A stretch of 32,000 bases of DNA from Candidatus Helarchaeota ASGARD archaeon Hel_GB_B (GCA_005191425.1 SUPR01000015.1:1-32000), one strand, 5' to 3'; positions 9,003 to 18,828 are shown, counted from the first letter of the stretch. Notes: a model not told the origin generated them from the sequence alone. Program-made: numbers and translations.

Positions 9003-10451
9003 GTGGTTTTAATGTCATATATCGAGAAATCTTTAAGCTGGATAATAAATAGAATGATTTTAAGTGGAATAAAAACATTATCTAAAGGAATTAATTTATT
9101 TTTTACAAGTATTGTATTAGTAATGATCGTATCTAGTTCTCTTGCAGGGTCTCTAATTCCAATAATTGGTATTATTCCGTTTCAATATATAATGGCTATT
9201 CAATTTAGTGTTATGATTGGGTTTTTAATTTCTAGTGTAATTTTTTTAAAGATCAAATCAAGTATACTAAGGATATTAATTTCATTAGGGTTAATCAGTA
9301 TTATTTCTGTTTATATTATTATGAATAATTCATTCTTAGCTTTATGTTATGATTTAACTGGATTTATTATTTTAATTAGTCTGATCTTAATGGTATTAAA
9401 TATAGTAATTTTTATAAAAAATACCCAAAATTCCTGGTATTTACAATTATTAATGTTGGGCAAATCTCCAAGGCATTTCTTTTTTGAAAAAGTATTTAAA
9501 TTTCTAACAATAGCAAGTTTCTTTTTATTTATTTATCCAATATATGAATATTTAATTTCTTGGAATCCATATCATATTATTTTAGCGATTTTTGGTATTA
9601 CGGCAGGTATTTTAAGTTCAATCTCCATATTTAAAACACTAAAATTTGAGTTTAATGATATTTATAAAAGTATTATTTCTATATTGTATCTAATTTCATT
9701 TATATTCTTGTATTTTTATTATGAGAATACTTTTTTAATTATTACAATCGACCTATTAATTTTTAGTATGACATTTTTAAGTATGGTCCAACATGTAAAA
9801 TATTGGAAGACAGAAGGAGGGATTTCAAGCGTAAAAATAGATGCGCCAAGAAATATAGAGGATAAAAGCAGAAATAGAACCGAGGAAGAAGTTATTTTTG
9901 ATGAATCAGATGATTCAGTAATTATAATTGATAATATCAGTGATAAACAAATAGATAATGAAGTAGAAATTCCAATAACAGAAGAAAAGCCGGGAGTAAC
10001 AGATAAATTAAGTTATTATTTAATTATTATGGTATTAATATTAAGCATTCAGTTGCTGTTTTTAAGATATTTCAGTTTGTTTTTTGGAATGAATTTATTT
10101 TCATTAATATTGTTTCAAGATTTCTCGTTAACAAATTATATTCTAACTTTGGGAATATATATATCAATAATTATTATTTTTGTATTATATTTTATGTCTG
10201 ATAGGTTCCGAAATTATTTTACATTCCCGCCAGGCATCCGAAAATCATTTTTAGAATTCCTTTCTTTGATGGACAGAAAAGAGCGAACAAAACTATTGAG
10301 AGCAATAAGTAGGACAGTCCAACAAATAATAGTAGAAGGGTTAATTGAATTAATTGAATCGGAAAAAGGAAATATCATTGATACAATTAGTGAAGGTATA
10401 AAAAGAGGAGCAAAGTTTTTTAGAAGTATTTTTGGAGATAGAGAAGATTAA
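9003..10451 (+). CDS. Uncharacterised polytopic membrane protein (roughly 11-13 TM) with an acidic internal loop and a soluble helical C-tail
   Basis: Many hydrophobic segments. Acidic loop EEEVIFDESDDSV...EEK at about aa 270-335. No recognisable motif. Confidence 0.75.
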   Translation: MVLMSYIEKSLSWIINRMILSGIKTLSKGINLFFTSIVLVMIVSSSLAGSLIPIIGIIPFQYIMAIQFSVMIGFLISSVIFLKIKSSILRILISLGLISIISVYIIMNNSFLALCYDLTGFIILISLILMVLNIVIFIKNTQNSWYLQLLMLGKSPRHFFFEKVFKFLTIASFFLFIYPIYEYLISWNPYHIILAIFGITAGILSSISIFKTLKFEFNDIYKSIISILYLISFIFLYFYYENTFLIITIDLLIFSMTFLSMVQHVKYWKTEGGISSVKIDAPRNIEDKSRNRTEEEVIFDESDDSVIIIDNISDKQIDNEVEIPITEEKPGVTDKLSYYLIIMVLILSIQLLFLRYFSLFFGMNLFSLILFQDFSLTNYILTLGIYISIIIIFVLYFMSDRFRNYFTFPPGIRKSFLEFLSLMDRKERTKLLRAISRTVQQIIVEGLIELIESEKGNIIDTISEGIKRGAKFFRSIFGDRED

Positions 10452-10478
10452 GATTCAAATTAATTTATAATAATTTTT

Positions 10479-10865
10479 TTATTGTAAATTCTCTAACAAT
10501 CTGTCTATTAATTCCATACAGTCGTTAATCATTTCTTTATTATAATCGCCTATATTTACTATTGAGATTACAGGTAGATTTGTTTTATGAGAGATTTTTT
10601 CGCCGAATGCTTTAGATATTAATTCATCTTTACCACCGAAAGCTAGTGGAATAGTAGTTGAACTTATTCTACTATCACCAACTTGAAATTTAGATGGTAT
10701 TGAAATAGTTAATAACCCTAATTTAAAACTATTTTTTGAGAGAATGAATATGAGTGCATTTTCCAATTTGGTAATTGCTGCATTTAATGAATAATTTTCT
10801 TTTTTAATAGAATCCGAGGTCCATTTTAATGATTGTAAATTAAAATCTTTCATCTTTAATTTCAC
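10479..10865 (-). CDS. Hypothetical protein, possibly proteasome assembly chaperone 4 (PAC4)-like
   Basis: 128 aa with KLENALIFILS...KLGLLTISIP...SKAFGEKISHKTNLPVISIVN. This resembles from memory the archaeal PAC3/PAC4-like pattern (beta-strands, LG-L-++-P, helix-K-T---V-+S). Not verified by search. Confidence 0.45.
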   Translation of the reverse strand: MKLKMKDFNLQSLKWTSDSIKKENYSLNAAITKLENALIFILSKNSFKLGLLTISIPSKFQVGDSRISSTTIPLAFGGKDELISKAFGEKISHKTNLPVISIVNIGDYNKEMINDCMELIDRLLENLQ

Positions 10866-10913
10866 ATCATATTATAGAAAACTTTTTTAAATATTGTTTC
10901 CATTATAAAAATC

Positions 10914-11013
10914 AAGGGGCGGTACCCTAAAGAAATTCTCTTTAGGAACCCCTTTTGACGAGCAAATATGCGATGAGGATGAAAAGATGATTTGCAGATT
11001 TTTTTAATCTGCA
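10914..11013. ncRNA. Candidate structured RNA / cis-element of three stem-loops
   Basis: AAGGGG(10914-19)/CCCCTT(10949-54) enclosing CCTAAAGA(10926-33)/TCTTTAGG(10939-46). GCAAAT(10962-67)/ATTTGC(10990-95). TGCAGATT(10993-11000)/AATCTGCA(11006-13). Visibly GC-richer than its flanks. Confidence 0.4.
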
Positions 11014-11200
11014 TTTCAACCACTGCATTATTAAAATTTAAAAAAGTAAATTTCCAATTCTTTTTTTTATTAAGTCTTATTTTCAATTGTTTTAATCCGT
11101 AAGATTTTAAAAAATATGACATTTTTTAATGTCATTTTAAACATATAAGTCTTTTGAATGGAATATTTTAAGAAAATCTAATTGTAATTAATTGTCTGAA

Positions 11201-14011
11201 TTAGAAAATACTATATTTTACTATTGGACACCAATAATTACATTTTAAGCAATGAATACATTTGTTACTATTTATAAGTGGGGGTAGTTCAGAAGATATT
11301 TGATAAATAGCGCCTTGATCACATATAGAAAGACAATTTAAACAACCAATACAATATTGGAGTCTTAATAAAGTTGATTTCAAATTTTTAATAAGTTCAT
11401 TTGCTATATCTTTATTATCTGCTGTTATTTCAAAATTACCATCAGAGAATATTTTCAAATTTCCATTTTTTATATTGATATTAAGGGAATTTTCTGTAGT
11501 ATTTATATATGGCTTTCCAATGATATTTATAATATTCAAAATGTTGTTTATATTAGAGAAGTTTTCGATCATTCCATTTATTTTAAATATATTTTTTGAT
11601 TTAGTTTCGTTATTAATATGCAATATCTTTTTTTCATTTTGTTTAATATTTTTTAAAGGAATTAACGCAATTTTTTTAGATTTTGCCCAATTTTTCACTT
11701 TTTGAGGAGGTTCAATCCACCGCCATAACCCATAAATAATAAAATCATCGGAAATTTGGTAATGACCAATATACTGTTTAAGTATTTGTTTTAAATATTT
11801 CCACAAATTTTCATGGTCTTCCCGAAGTAAATGGAAATTTGAAGGATCTTGGAATGGACAGATCCAGCACCCAACTCGTTCGCGCCCATAATGTTCATAA
11901 ATAGGGTTAATAGGCAAATTATTTTTAAAGATGTAAAGCCAAATTAATAGTGCATTCCAATCATAAATTGGATGGACGCTATAGGCATTTGGTAGCCAAG
12001 GATTTATATTTAATCTATAATTAAGTGTTCGACTATTACTTTCATAAGACCTTAAACCTACAAACGATAAACACCCATCTGGAAATTGTTTTCGATAGAG
12101 TTTATTAGTAGGTCCAAATTTATAAATTTTACAACACCATCTGTTGTCTAATTGAGGTGGACCTAAGAGTTCAGAAATGGTTTTCAAATCTCTGGGCTCA
12201 TCTATTTGGATATATTTATTTAGTAATCCCAATTTTTTAATACAATCAACGACATATTTATTAGTTTCTGGAAATTCTATTTCAGATTTGACATAATTTA
12301 CAGTAAAATCATCTAACGCCTTCATAGTAAGTGCAACAGTAACTAAACTATCTTTACCTCCTGAAAATGGGACAGTAACTTTTAATTCTTTATAGAGATC
12401 TTTTATTTTTTTAATGAATAAAATGGACTCTTCTTCATATTTATTTAAAATTTTATTATTTGCTTTAATGACTTGAGACCAACTTTGACCCCCAGGAAGT
12501 TCATTATTCTTGAATTTGGGTTGTAAATTAAGTATTTGAACAAATTTTTTATCGGATTTAAATTTTTTTGACGTAGGTTTTCCAATTCCTATGACATGAT
12601 TTTTTCGGACAATAAAAACTAAATCGTTAGGTTGTAGGCTGGTCAAATTTGAATCAATAATATCTTCTTTATCCAAAAATTGAAATGTTTTGAAATTTTT
12701 ATTAGGGGCAATCTTTATCCAATTTCCTTTACCTGCAGCATATAACCTTTTTGCACCTTCTATAGAAGGGATAAAGATAAATTTAAGAATTTCTTCATTA
12801 TATTTAACTTTTCCGATAATTTGACCGTCTATAATAACTTCCATTTGACGCGATTTTACTCTAGGAACCCTATTTAGTAATATAATTTTGTTATTTGGTA
12901 TTAAAATCTGTCCACTTGGAGTTCCATACTGGGAATTAATAATATTCCGTATTCGTTCAATATTTATTTTAAAAGCAGGACGTACATCTCCAACTCCAGA
13001 TAAATGGACCAAAAATGTAGGATATGAACATACTGGACATTTTTTCATTTCGATTATTGGAATATTACAATTTTTACACCATCTAATTTTATTTTCAAGC
13101 CAAACATATGGTTCTAAATCATTCAAACTGATTTCTTTTGGTCTTGAAACTAATTTAGCTGTATTTCTAAGTATTAAAAAGCAACCTATATCTGATGGAA
13201 CTAATTTTATATCACCTTTATTATATGGACCAATTGATATGCTATTAAAATTAATTTCAGGGACATCTTTTATGAAAAATAATTTGAGATTAAAGGAATT
13301 ATTTAACTGAAATGATCGGTCAATTGTAAAATTTTTTAATTCATTTTCAGTGCCAAGTAAAATTGACTGGAGACCAGTACTTCCATGTAAAGTATTGGGG
13401 AGTCTTATAATTCTTTTTAAATCAAGAAGGACATTAAAGTCAATGGGAAAATTTTCTTCTTGTATGATTTTATTAATAAATTCTCTATTTAATATCTCGA
13501 CATTATTAATATCTTCAATTTCATTATTTGAATTTTCAATATTTTTAAAATAAAATTCACTATTATCATAATCTAATACATAAAGGTGAAATCCTTTATA
13601 GCCAGTCCATAAATAAGCGAATTTAGAAAATCCAAAATTATTTTTGAGATATTTTTTTAATCTTAATACTTCTTCTTTTCCTGATTCAAATTGATTTATG
13701 TCAAAAATATCATTTATTATATCAAAATCAAAAACTAAATTAGTACCTAAACATTTAATTAAATTGCTTTTTCGTCCCATTTTTTCAGGATTTAACCATT
13801 TGGAGAGAGAGTAATAAACATTTTTTGCTGGAAATTTTTTAACAATGAATGATTGAATGTTTCGTTTATTTAAGATTTTTTTCTTGGCTTTAATCCAATA
13901 TCCATTAAATAATTGTTTTCTAAAATGATAAAATTTAAGGTACTGGGGTACCCAAGGGGAATATTTATTTTCATAAAACTTTTTGAAGAAATAGCTTATA
14001 ATTGGTTCCAT
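11201..14011 (-). CDS. Fusion: PriS-like archaeo-eukaryotic primase domain (aa 1-~290) + Zn-finger/PUA-like/PAPS-reductase-family PP-loop domain + C-terminal 2x[4Fe-4S] ferredoxin
   Basis: AEP motifs VFDFD (aa 93-97), TGYKGFH (136-142) and ID-x5-D-x2-RIIRLPNTLHG (190-210). Then WCKNCNIP..CPVC, GDVRPAF, FSGGKDS, RWCCKIYKFGP, GLRSYES, RVGCWICP, CIGCLNCLSIC and CIHCLKCNYWCP. Confidence 0.88.
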   Translation of the reverse strand: MEPIISYFFKKFYENKYSPWVPQYLKFYHFRKQLFNGYWIKAKKKILNKRNIQSFIVKKFPAKNVYYSLSKWLNPEKMGRKSNLIKCLGTNLVFDFDIINDIFDINQFESGKEEVLRLKKYLKNNFGFSKFAYLWTGYKGFHLYVLDYDNSEFYFKNIENSNNEIEDINNVEILNREFINKIIQEENFPIDFNVLLDLKRIIRLPNTLHGSTGLQSILLGTENELKNFTIDRSFQLNNSFNLKLFFIKDVPEINFNSISIGPYNKGDIKLVPSDIGCFLILRNTAKLVSRPKEISLNDLEPYVWLENKIRWCKNCNIPIIEMKKCPVCSYPTFLVHLSGVGDVRPAFKINIERIRNIINSQYGTPSGQILIPNNKIILLNRVPRVKSRQMEVIIDGQIIGKVKYNEEILKFIFIPSIEGAKRLYAAGKGNWIKIAPNKNFKTFQFLDKEDIIDSNLTSLQPNDLVFIVRKNHVIGIGKPTSKKFKSDKKFVQILNLQPKFKNNELPGGQSWSQVIKANNKILNKYEEESILFIKKIKDLYKELKVTVPFSGGKDSLVTVALTMKALDDFTVNYVKSEIEFPETNKYVVDCIKKLGLLNKYIQIDEPRDLKTISELLGPPQLDNRWCCKIYKFGPTNKLYRKQFPDGCLSFVGLRSYESNSRTLNYRLNINPWLPNAYSVHPIYDWNALLIWLYIFKNNLPINPIYEHYGRERVGCWICPFQDPSNFHLLREDHENLWKYLKQILKQYIGHYQISDDFIIYGLWRWIEPPQKVKNWAKSKKIALIPLKNIKQNEKKILHINNETKSKNIFKINGMIENFSNINNILNIINIIGKPYINTTENSLNINIKNGNLKIFSDGNFEITADNKDIANELIKNLKSTLLRLQYCIGCLNCLSICDQGAIYQISSELPPLINSNKCIHCLKCNYWCPIVKYSIF

Positions 14012-14136
14012 TTTAATTCCTGTAAATCAATATAACTTTATTTTGAAAGAATTGTAGATAAATCTTAAGATTAATTTAATAATAAGATTTGTGAATAAAT
14101 ATATTTATCGAAATACTTTATTTTGAAAATAATGAG

Positions 14137-15495
14137 GTGGCTTTTCTGGATAACGAATTAGATAGAGAAATATTAGCTGTTGAAGCCTTATCGTTAATTG
14201 AAGAAGAGAAAGTGTCAGAGAGAGAAGCATTAAAAAGAATATCCAATTTACATAATATAACTGATTGGAAAATAAGGAGTACTTTACATGCTCTATTATT
14301 TGAAACGCTAAGATATAGAAATCTGATAGATTTCATTATTAATTCAGTTATGGAAAAAGGTACTATAGAAAAAATAAAAAGCGTTTTTTTAAGAAATATC
14401 CTAAGAATAGGAGTCTACCAAATTAAAATCATAAAAAAGCAAATAAATTTAATTTGTAACACATTGGTTGAGTTAGTGAAAAAAAAAAGTTCTAAAAGAG
14501 CTGCTAATTTTGTAAATGCCATTTTGAGGTCGGCTGAAAGATTTGATTTAGAGTCAGAATTGGACAAATTAAACAAAAAAGAATATTTAGCCCTCAAATA
14601 TTCGCATCCAAAATGGTTTATTGAATTATTAAGTCCTTATTTTTCAGACGAATTCATCGTTTCTTTAATGGAGCAAAATAATAAGCACCTTCCAATATGT
14701 ATTAGGGTTAATTTAACGATTAATGATATAAATGAAGTTATTGAGGAATTTGATGCAGAAAATTATGAGTATAAAATTTATCCAGAATTTCCAGATATGA
14801 TCGAGATTTATTCTAGTAGTAAACCCATTGTCCGGACAAATGCATTTAAAAGAAATGGTATTTATATCCAGAGTAAATCCAGCATATTAGTGTCTTATAT
14901 TTTAGACCCCAAGCCATCAGATTTAATCTATGATTTTACAGCAGCTCCTGGTTCTAAAACCTTGCATATTGCCCAACTTATGGGAAATAAGGGAAATATC
15001 ATAGCTTTTGATCGTTCTTTAAGACGATTAAAAGAATTACAAATAAAAAAGGGCCTTGTAAAAAGTGATCTAATTAATCTTATTAATTCAAATTCTACAT
15101 ATTTAAGAGACTGCCTACGATATAAAGCAGATAAAATTCTTGTGGACCCACCATGTAGTGGCTCAGGAACTTTTTCAAATAGGCCTTTTACAAAATATAA
15201 ATCATTAAGAGGCCAATTAAAAGCCCTTACATATCTACAATGGAAATTATTAGATACAGCAGTTAATTTAGTAAAACATGGAGGGGTCATAGTATATTCG
15301 ACGTGTTCTATCACTTTAGAAGAAAATGAAGTGATAATTAGAAAATTATTAGAAAAATATTCAGATATAATATTAGACAAACAATCCCCATTTATAGGAA
15401 TGAAAGGTTTTTTAGGATTAAATGAAACACAAAGATTATTTCCAAATCTACACAAAACTGAAGGATTTTTTATCGCAAAATTAAGAAAAAAGTAG
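14137..15495 (+). CDS. rsmB: RsmB/Fmu/NSUN-family RNA m5C methyltransferase with N-terminal NusB-like domain
   Basis: NusB-like LRIGVYQI...NFVNAILR. SAM motif DFTAAPGSKT, motif IV VDPPCSGSG, motif VI VYSTCS and EENE. Confidence 0.92.
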   Translation: MAFLDNELDREILAVEALSLIEEEKVSEREALKRISNLHNITDWKIRSTLHALLFETLRYRNLIDFIINSVMEKGTIEKIKSVFLRNILRIGVYQIKIIKKQINLICNTLVELVKKKSSKRAANFVNAILRSAERFDLESELDKLNKKEYLALKYSHPKWFIELLSPYFSDEFIVSLMEQNNKHLPICIRVNLTINDINEVIEEFDAENYEYKIYPEFPDMIEIYSSSKPIVRTNAFKRNGIYIQSKSSILVSYILDPKPSDLIYDFTAAPGSKTLHIAQLMGNKGNIIAFDRSLRRLKELQIKKGLVKSDLINLINSNSTYLRDCLRYKADKILVDPPCSGSGTFSNRPFTKYKSLRGQLKALTYLQWKLLDTAVNLVKHGGVIVYSTCSITLEENEVIIRKLLEKYSDIILDKQSPFIGMKGFLGLNETQRLFPNLHKTEGFFIAKLRKK

Positions 15496-15506
15496 ACCAA
15501 ATATAT

Positions 15507-15857
15507 TTATAAAACCTTTTTCTTGTATTTTATTCTATCAATATCTAATTTTACTGATGCATTGAACCCATTAGTAGATTTATTTATATTTAGAACTTTA
15601 AATTCCTTCTTTATATTATTACACATATTTTCTAAAATTTTATTAAGATTATCTAAATTTCTATCTTTATCAATTAGAGGCTGAGCTATTTGATAAAATT
15701 CATTTTCTTTTTTTAGGTTTATTTTTCCATTGGAATAAAAAGATATTTCTAATCCAGATCCTAATCTACAATGGATAGACCGCATATTATTTTCCCAAAT
15801 ATATTTAAATATATGGTGTAATTCTTCTTTTGTAAAATATTTTTCAAATTCGTTCAT
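15507..15857 (-). CDS. Hypothetical protein
   Basis: 116-aa ATG ORF filling the gap, with protein-like composition and no motif. Confidence 0.6.
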   Translation of the reverse strand: MNEFEKYFTKEELHHIFKYIWENNMRSIHCRLGSGLEISFYSNGKINLKKENEFYQIAQPLIDKDRNLDNLNKILENMCNNIKKEFKVLNINKSTNGFNASVKLDIDRIKYKKKVL

Positions 15858-16189
15858 TGATCAAATTCCACAAATTTTGTTTTGATTACAGCCTTAACTT
15901 TTTTAGGAAAAACATTTAAAAACTTAATTCAAAATTTTGTGAAATTTTTTACAAATTCAAAAATATATTTAGGAAAAAGCAAAATGTAGAAATTCTTGTT
16001 TAAATTGAAAAAATTAATTAAACGCGAATATAAGAAATTTAAATGTGATTTATTTTGAAGATAAATTAGTCGGAAAAAAATTCTAAAAATGTTTAAGAAG
16101 TTTCATTAAAAATCAAAATAAGGATATAGGATTAAGGAAATATAAAAAAATTTGATTAAATTTAAAATCAAGACCAAGTTAACAGAAAA

Positions 16190-16669
16190 ATGAAACTAGA
16201 ATTTCCATTAATAGGATATGGGACATTAATTTATAAAATGATAGACAAACAGGGAGATATACATACATATGGTGTCTGTATAATCTATGATTATATTAGA
16301 ATATTTCATAAAAAATTAGGATATTGGTACCCATTTGTATTACCAAAAATAGGACATAAATTTAAAGGAATATTATATGATATACGTTCAAAAGATTTTC
16401 TAAATGAATTAGATAGATATGAAGGTGTGCCAGAACTATATCATAGAGTTAAATGTAATGTAAATTATAAAGGTAAGAAAATAGAGTCGTGGATTTATCG
16501 ACCAACTGATCGAACTATTGAAAAATTAATTAAAGAAATAGAAAATTTAAAAGAAATAGACAGAAAATCTATTTTTAACGAAGATATATGGCTTAGATAT
16601 CTGGAATCAGAATTTCCGCATGTTGTTAAAAAATATCCGGAATTATTTATGCCAATAAAATCGTTCTAA
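16190..16669 (+). CDS. Gamma-glutamylcyclotransferase (AIG2-like) family protein
   Basis: GYGTL, KGILYD, LDRYEGVP.LY.R and SWIY motifs. Confidence 0.88.
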   Translation: MKLEFPLIGYGTLIYKMIDKQGDIHTYGVCIIYDYIRIFHKKLGYWYPFVLPKIGHKFKGILYDIRSKDFLNELDRYEGVPELYHRVKCNVNYKGKKIESWIYRPTDRTIEKLIKEIENLKEIDRKSIFNEDIWLRYLESEFPHVVKKYPELFMPIKSF

Positions 16670-18598
16670 TTCTTTTTTTAATTGATTGGGATCATTTTCC
16701 AGAATTATCATTTTTTCACTTATCCAATTAGCTAAGAATCGTCTAAAATATCTAGTTGCATACCTATAATCCATTAAAATAATGACACCTCGGTCATCTA
16801 AAGTCCTGATAGGTCTCCCTGCTGCTTGGTTTGCTCTTCGTAAAGCTGGTACATTATAAGATAAATCTTTTCCTTTTTCCTTACCCCAAATTTTATTATA
16901 ATAATCAATTGCGGCTTGGACTCTAACGCTGGGCCTTGCAAAAGGGATTCCGCAAACGATTACTGTATTCATATAATCTCCGGGAAAATCTTCACCTTCA
17001 GCATTTCTACCGCCACAAACACCTAATAATACTCCGCCCGCTTTTTTTGACTGATTTTTAAAATTTTTTATCATATTGTCGTTTTCTTTAGAAGTCATTG
17101 CAGGATTTTCAATATATATCTTTTTATTAGTTTTAATTTTTTCTATGCCTGCTTTTCTTAGACCTCTTAAAATATCATAAGATGCAGCAAATATTCCAAT
17201 ATTTTTCGGAGTATATTCTATCGCTATTTTTATGTGTTCAAGCATCTGTTTATACATGTCCAATGATCTGGATGTGCCTTTACTTGTGATACCTTTTAAA
17301 GCAAAGACTTTCATATTTTCACTACTCCAGAGAGATGGTAAGGTAAATTTTATTGTTGAATCTGGTAAACCAATTGAGTCTACATAAGCATCAGGGTTAA
17401 TTGTCCCGGACATGTGCAATGATCCTTCAATTTCGTTAAATATATTCTTTAAAATTTCTCTGGGGTCTAAAGACAATATTTCTAAGGCGACATACTTTTC
17501 ATTTTGTTTAGTCCTATATTTTGATGCAATAAAAAAATAACTGGGGTTATCTATCACATTATACCAGTTTATAAAGAAATTTCCAACCGAATAAATGTAA
17601 GAGTAAGGGGCTTTTCCTTCCTTAACTTTCAATTCTCTAATTTCTTTGCCTATTTCGATCATATTATTAAAAAAATTTTTATTTATTTTACATGATTTTT
17701 CCATTTTTTTTAAAATATACTTCGGAATAATTGCTAACTCTTCAAAATCCTTTTTCTTAAATTCATCGAAAATATTTTTTAATGAAATACTGAAATCGTA
17801 AAACATTTCCTTTTTATATGCCTCTATTTCCTTGATTAGACTTTTAACGCTAAATTCAGTTAGTCTAATCGACCCAATTTCTGTTGCAATATCAGGCAGA
17901 TTATGTGCTTCGTCAATTATTAAAATTAAGTCATTTAAAGAAACATTTAACATCTCAAGAAATCTTTTTCTAATAAAAGGATTGAATATCCATTGATAAT
18001 TACATGCAACTAAGTCTACTTTAGATAACGCAATTCTGCTAATCATATAAGGGCATAAATTATGGTCTTTACAAATTGCAACTAACTGAGCTCCGTCCAT
18101 AGGTTCTAAATGCAATATAGATAATAGAAAATCCACCCTTTCAGGTTTCCTAATGATATTAGTATAATATAGACATTTATTTCCCTTTCTTAATTCAGTA
18201 CACATTAATTGCGCTAAATTAGGGTCTTTTAGCTTTACTACTAAAGGATGAAAACACATGGTATTTCTTCCGCGTAGCCCGATCCCACTTAATTGTATAT
18301 CCAAGTTATTCTTTTTTAATTCTGAGTTTATTTTTATTAATTCATCAATAACTCTCTGGATTTGCGTATGAGTCCTACAAAGATAAATTACTTTTTTATT
18401 TTTATCTTTAATTAATGGTAATACTGACACCAAACTTAATATAGTCTTACCGTATCCATTTGGTGCTGAAATTACAATATGCCTTTTTGATTCTAGCAAT
18501 TCAGTATATATTTTATTAATTACATAATCCTGCTTTAAACGTACTTCTTTATATGGAAAATATGGCCTAATATTTTCTAATAATCTAGAAATCGACAT
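16643..18598 (-). CDS. xpd: XPD/Rad3-family Fe-S 5'-3' DNA helicase
   Basis: Q-motif (RLKQ), APNGYGKT, four Fe-S Cys (MCFHP, LMC, NKC, LCPY), IIDEAHN, MSGT, AEGEDFPG, QAAGRPIR and DYRY. Confidence 0.93.
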   Translation of the reverse strand: MSISRLLENIRPYFPYKEVRLKQDYVINKIYTELLESKRHIVISAPNGYGKTILSLVSVLPLIKDKNKKVIYLCRTHTQIQRVIDELIKINSELKKNNLDIQLSGIGLRGRNTMCFHPLVVKLKDPNLAQLMCTELRKGNKCLYYTNIIRKPERVDFLLSILHLEPMDGAQLVAICKDHNLCPYMISRIALSKVDLVACNYQWIFNPFIRKRFLEMLNVSLNDLILIIDEAHNLPDIATEIGSIRLTEFSVKSLIKEIEAYKKEMFYDFSISLKNIFDEFKKKDFEELAIIPKYILKKMEKSCKINKNFFNNMIEIGKEIRELKVKEGKAPYSYIYSVGNFFINWYNVIDNPSYFFIASKYRTKQNEKYVALEILSLDPREILKNIFNEIEGSLHMSGTINPDAYVDSIGLPDSTIKFTLPSLWSSENMKVFALKGITSKGTSRSLDMYKQMLEHIKIAIEYTPKNIGIFAASYDILRGLRKAGIEKIKTNKKIYIENPAMTSKENDNMIKNFKNQSKKAGGVLLGVCGGRNAEGEDFPGDYMNTVIVCGIPFARPSVRVQAAIDYYNKIWGKEKGKDLSYNVPALRRANQAAGRPIRTLDDRGVIILMDYRYATRYFRRFLANWISEKMIILENDPNQLKKELERFYWHK

Positions 18599-18810
18599 TA
18601 TTAATACTCTATTTTTAAGTTGGAAAATAAAAATTTTAAATTTTTTTCAAAAAAATAGAATCATTATTTACTAAAAATTATTCTTATTTTTGAAACAAAC
18701 TTTATCTAATTTGAAAAATAAAATAAAAAAAAGTAATAAGTGAATTAATAGGAAGATCCCAGAACTCTGTTTTCAATTTTTTGCTGAAATATATTTTTAA
18801 TCATTAAATT

Positions 18811-18828
18811 AATCCGAGGTAGATGAAA
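18811..18828 (+). repeat. Near-exact copy (AATCCGAGGT-AGATGAAA) of the SD/start region of the gene at 19398 (AATCCGAGGTTAGATGAAA, 19385..19403)
   Basis: 18/19 nt identity with a one-base indel, read directly from the sequence. Confidence 0.7.

Noticed and set aside
10962-10995. Hammerhead, box C/D or SECIS reading of GCGATGAG..GAAA..ATGA
   Set aside because: No CUGA core or stem II, no CUGA D box, and no in-frame TGA selenoprotein candidate in the flanking genes.
10862-11122. 86-aa minus-strand ORF overlapping the PAC4-like GTG start by 4 nt
   Set aside because: No recognisable motif, and it spans the hairpin element, which explains the local composition better. The GTGA overlap means it is not fully excluded.
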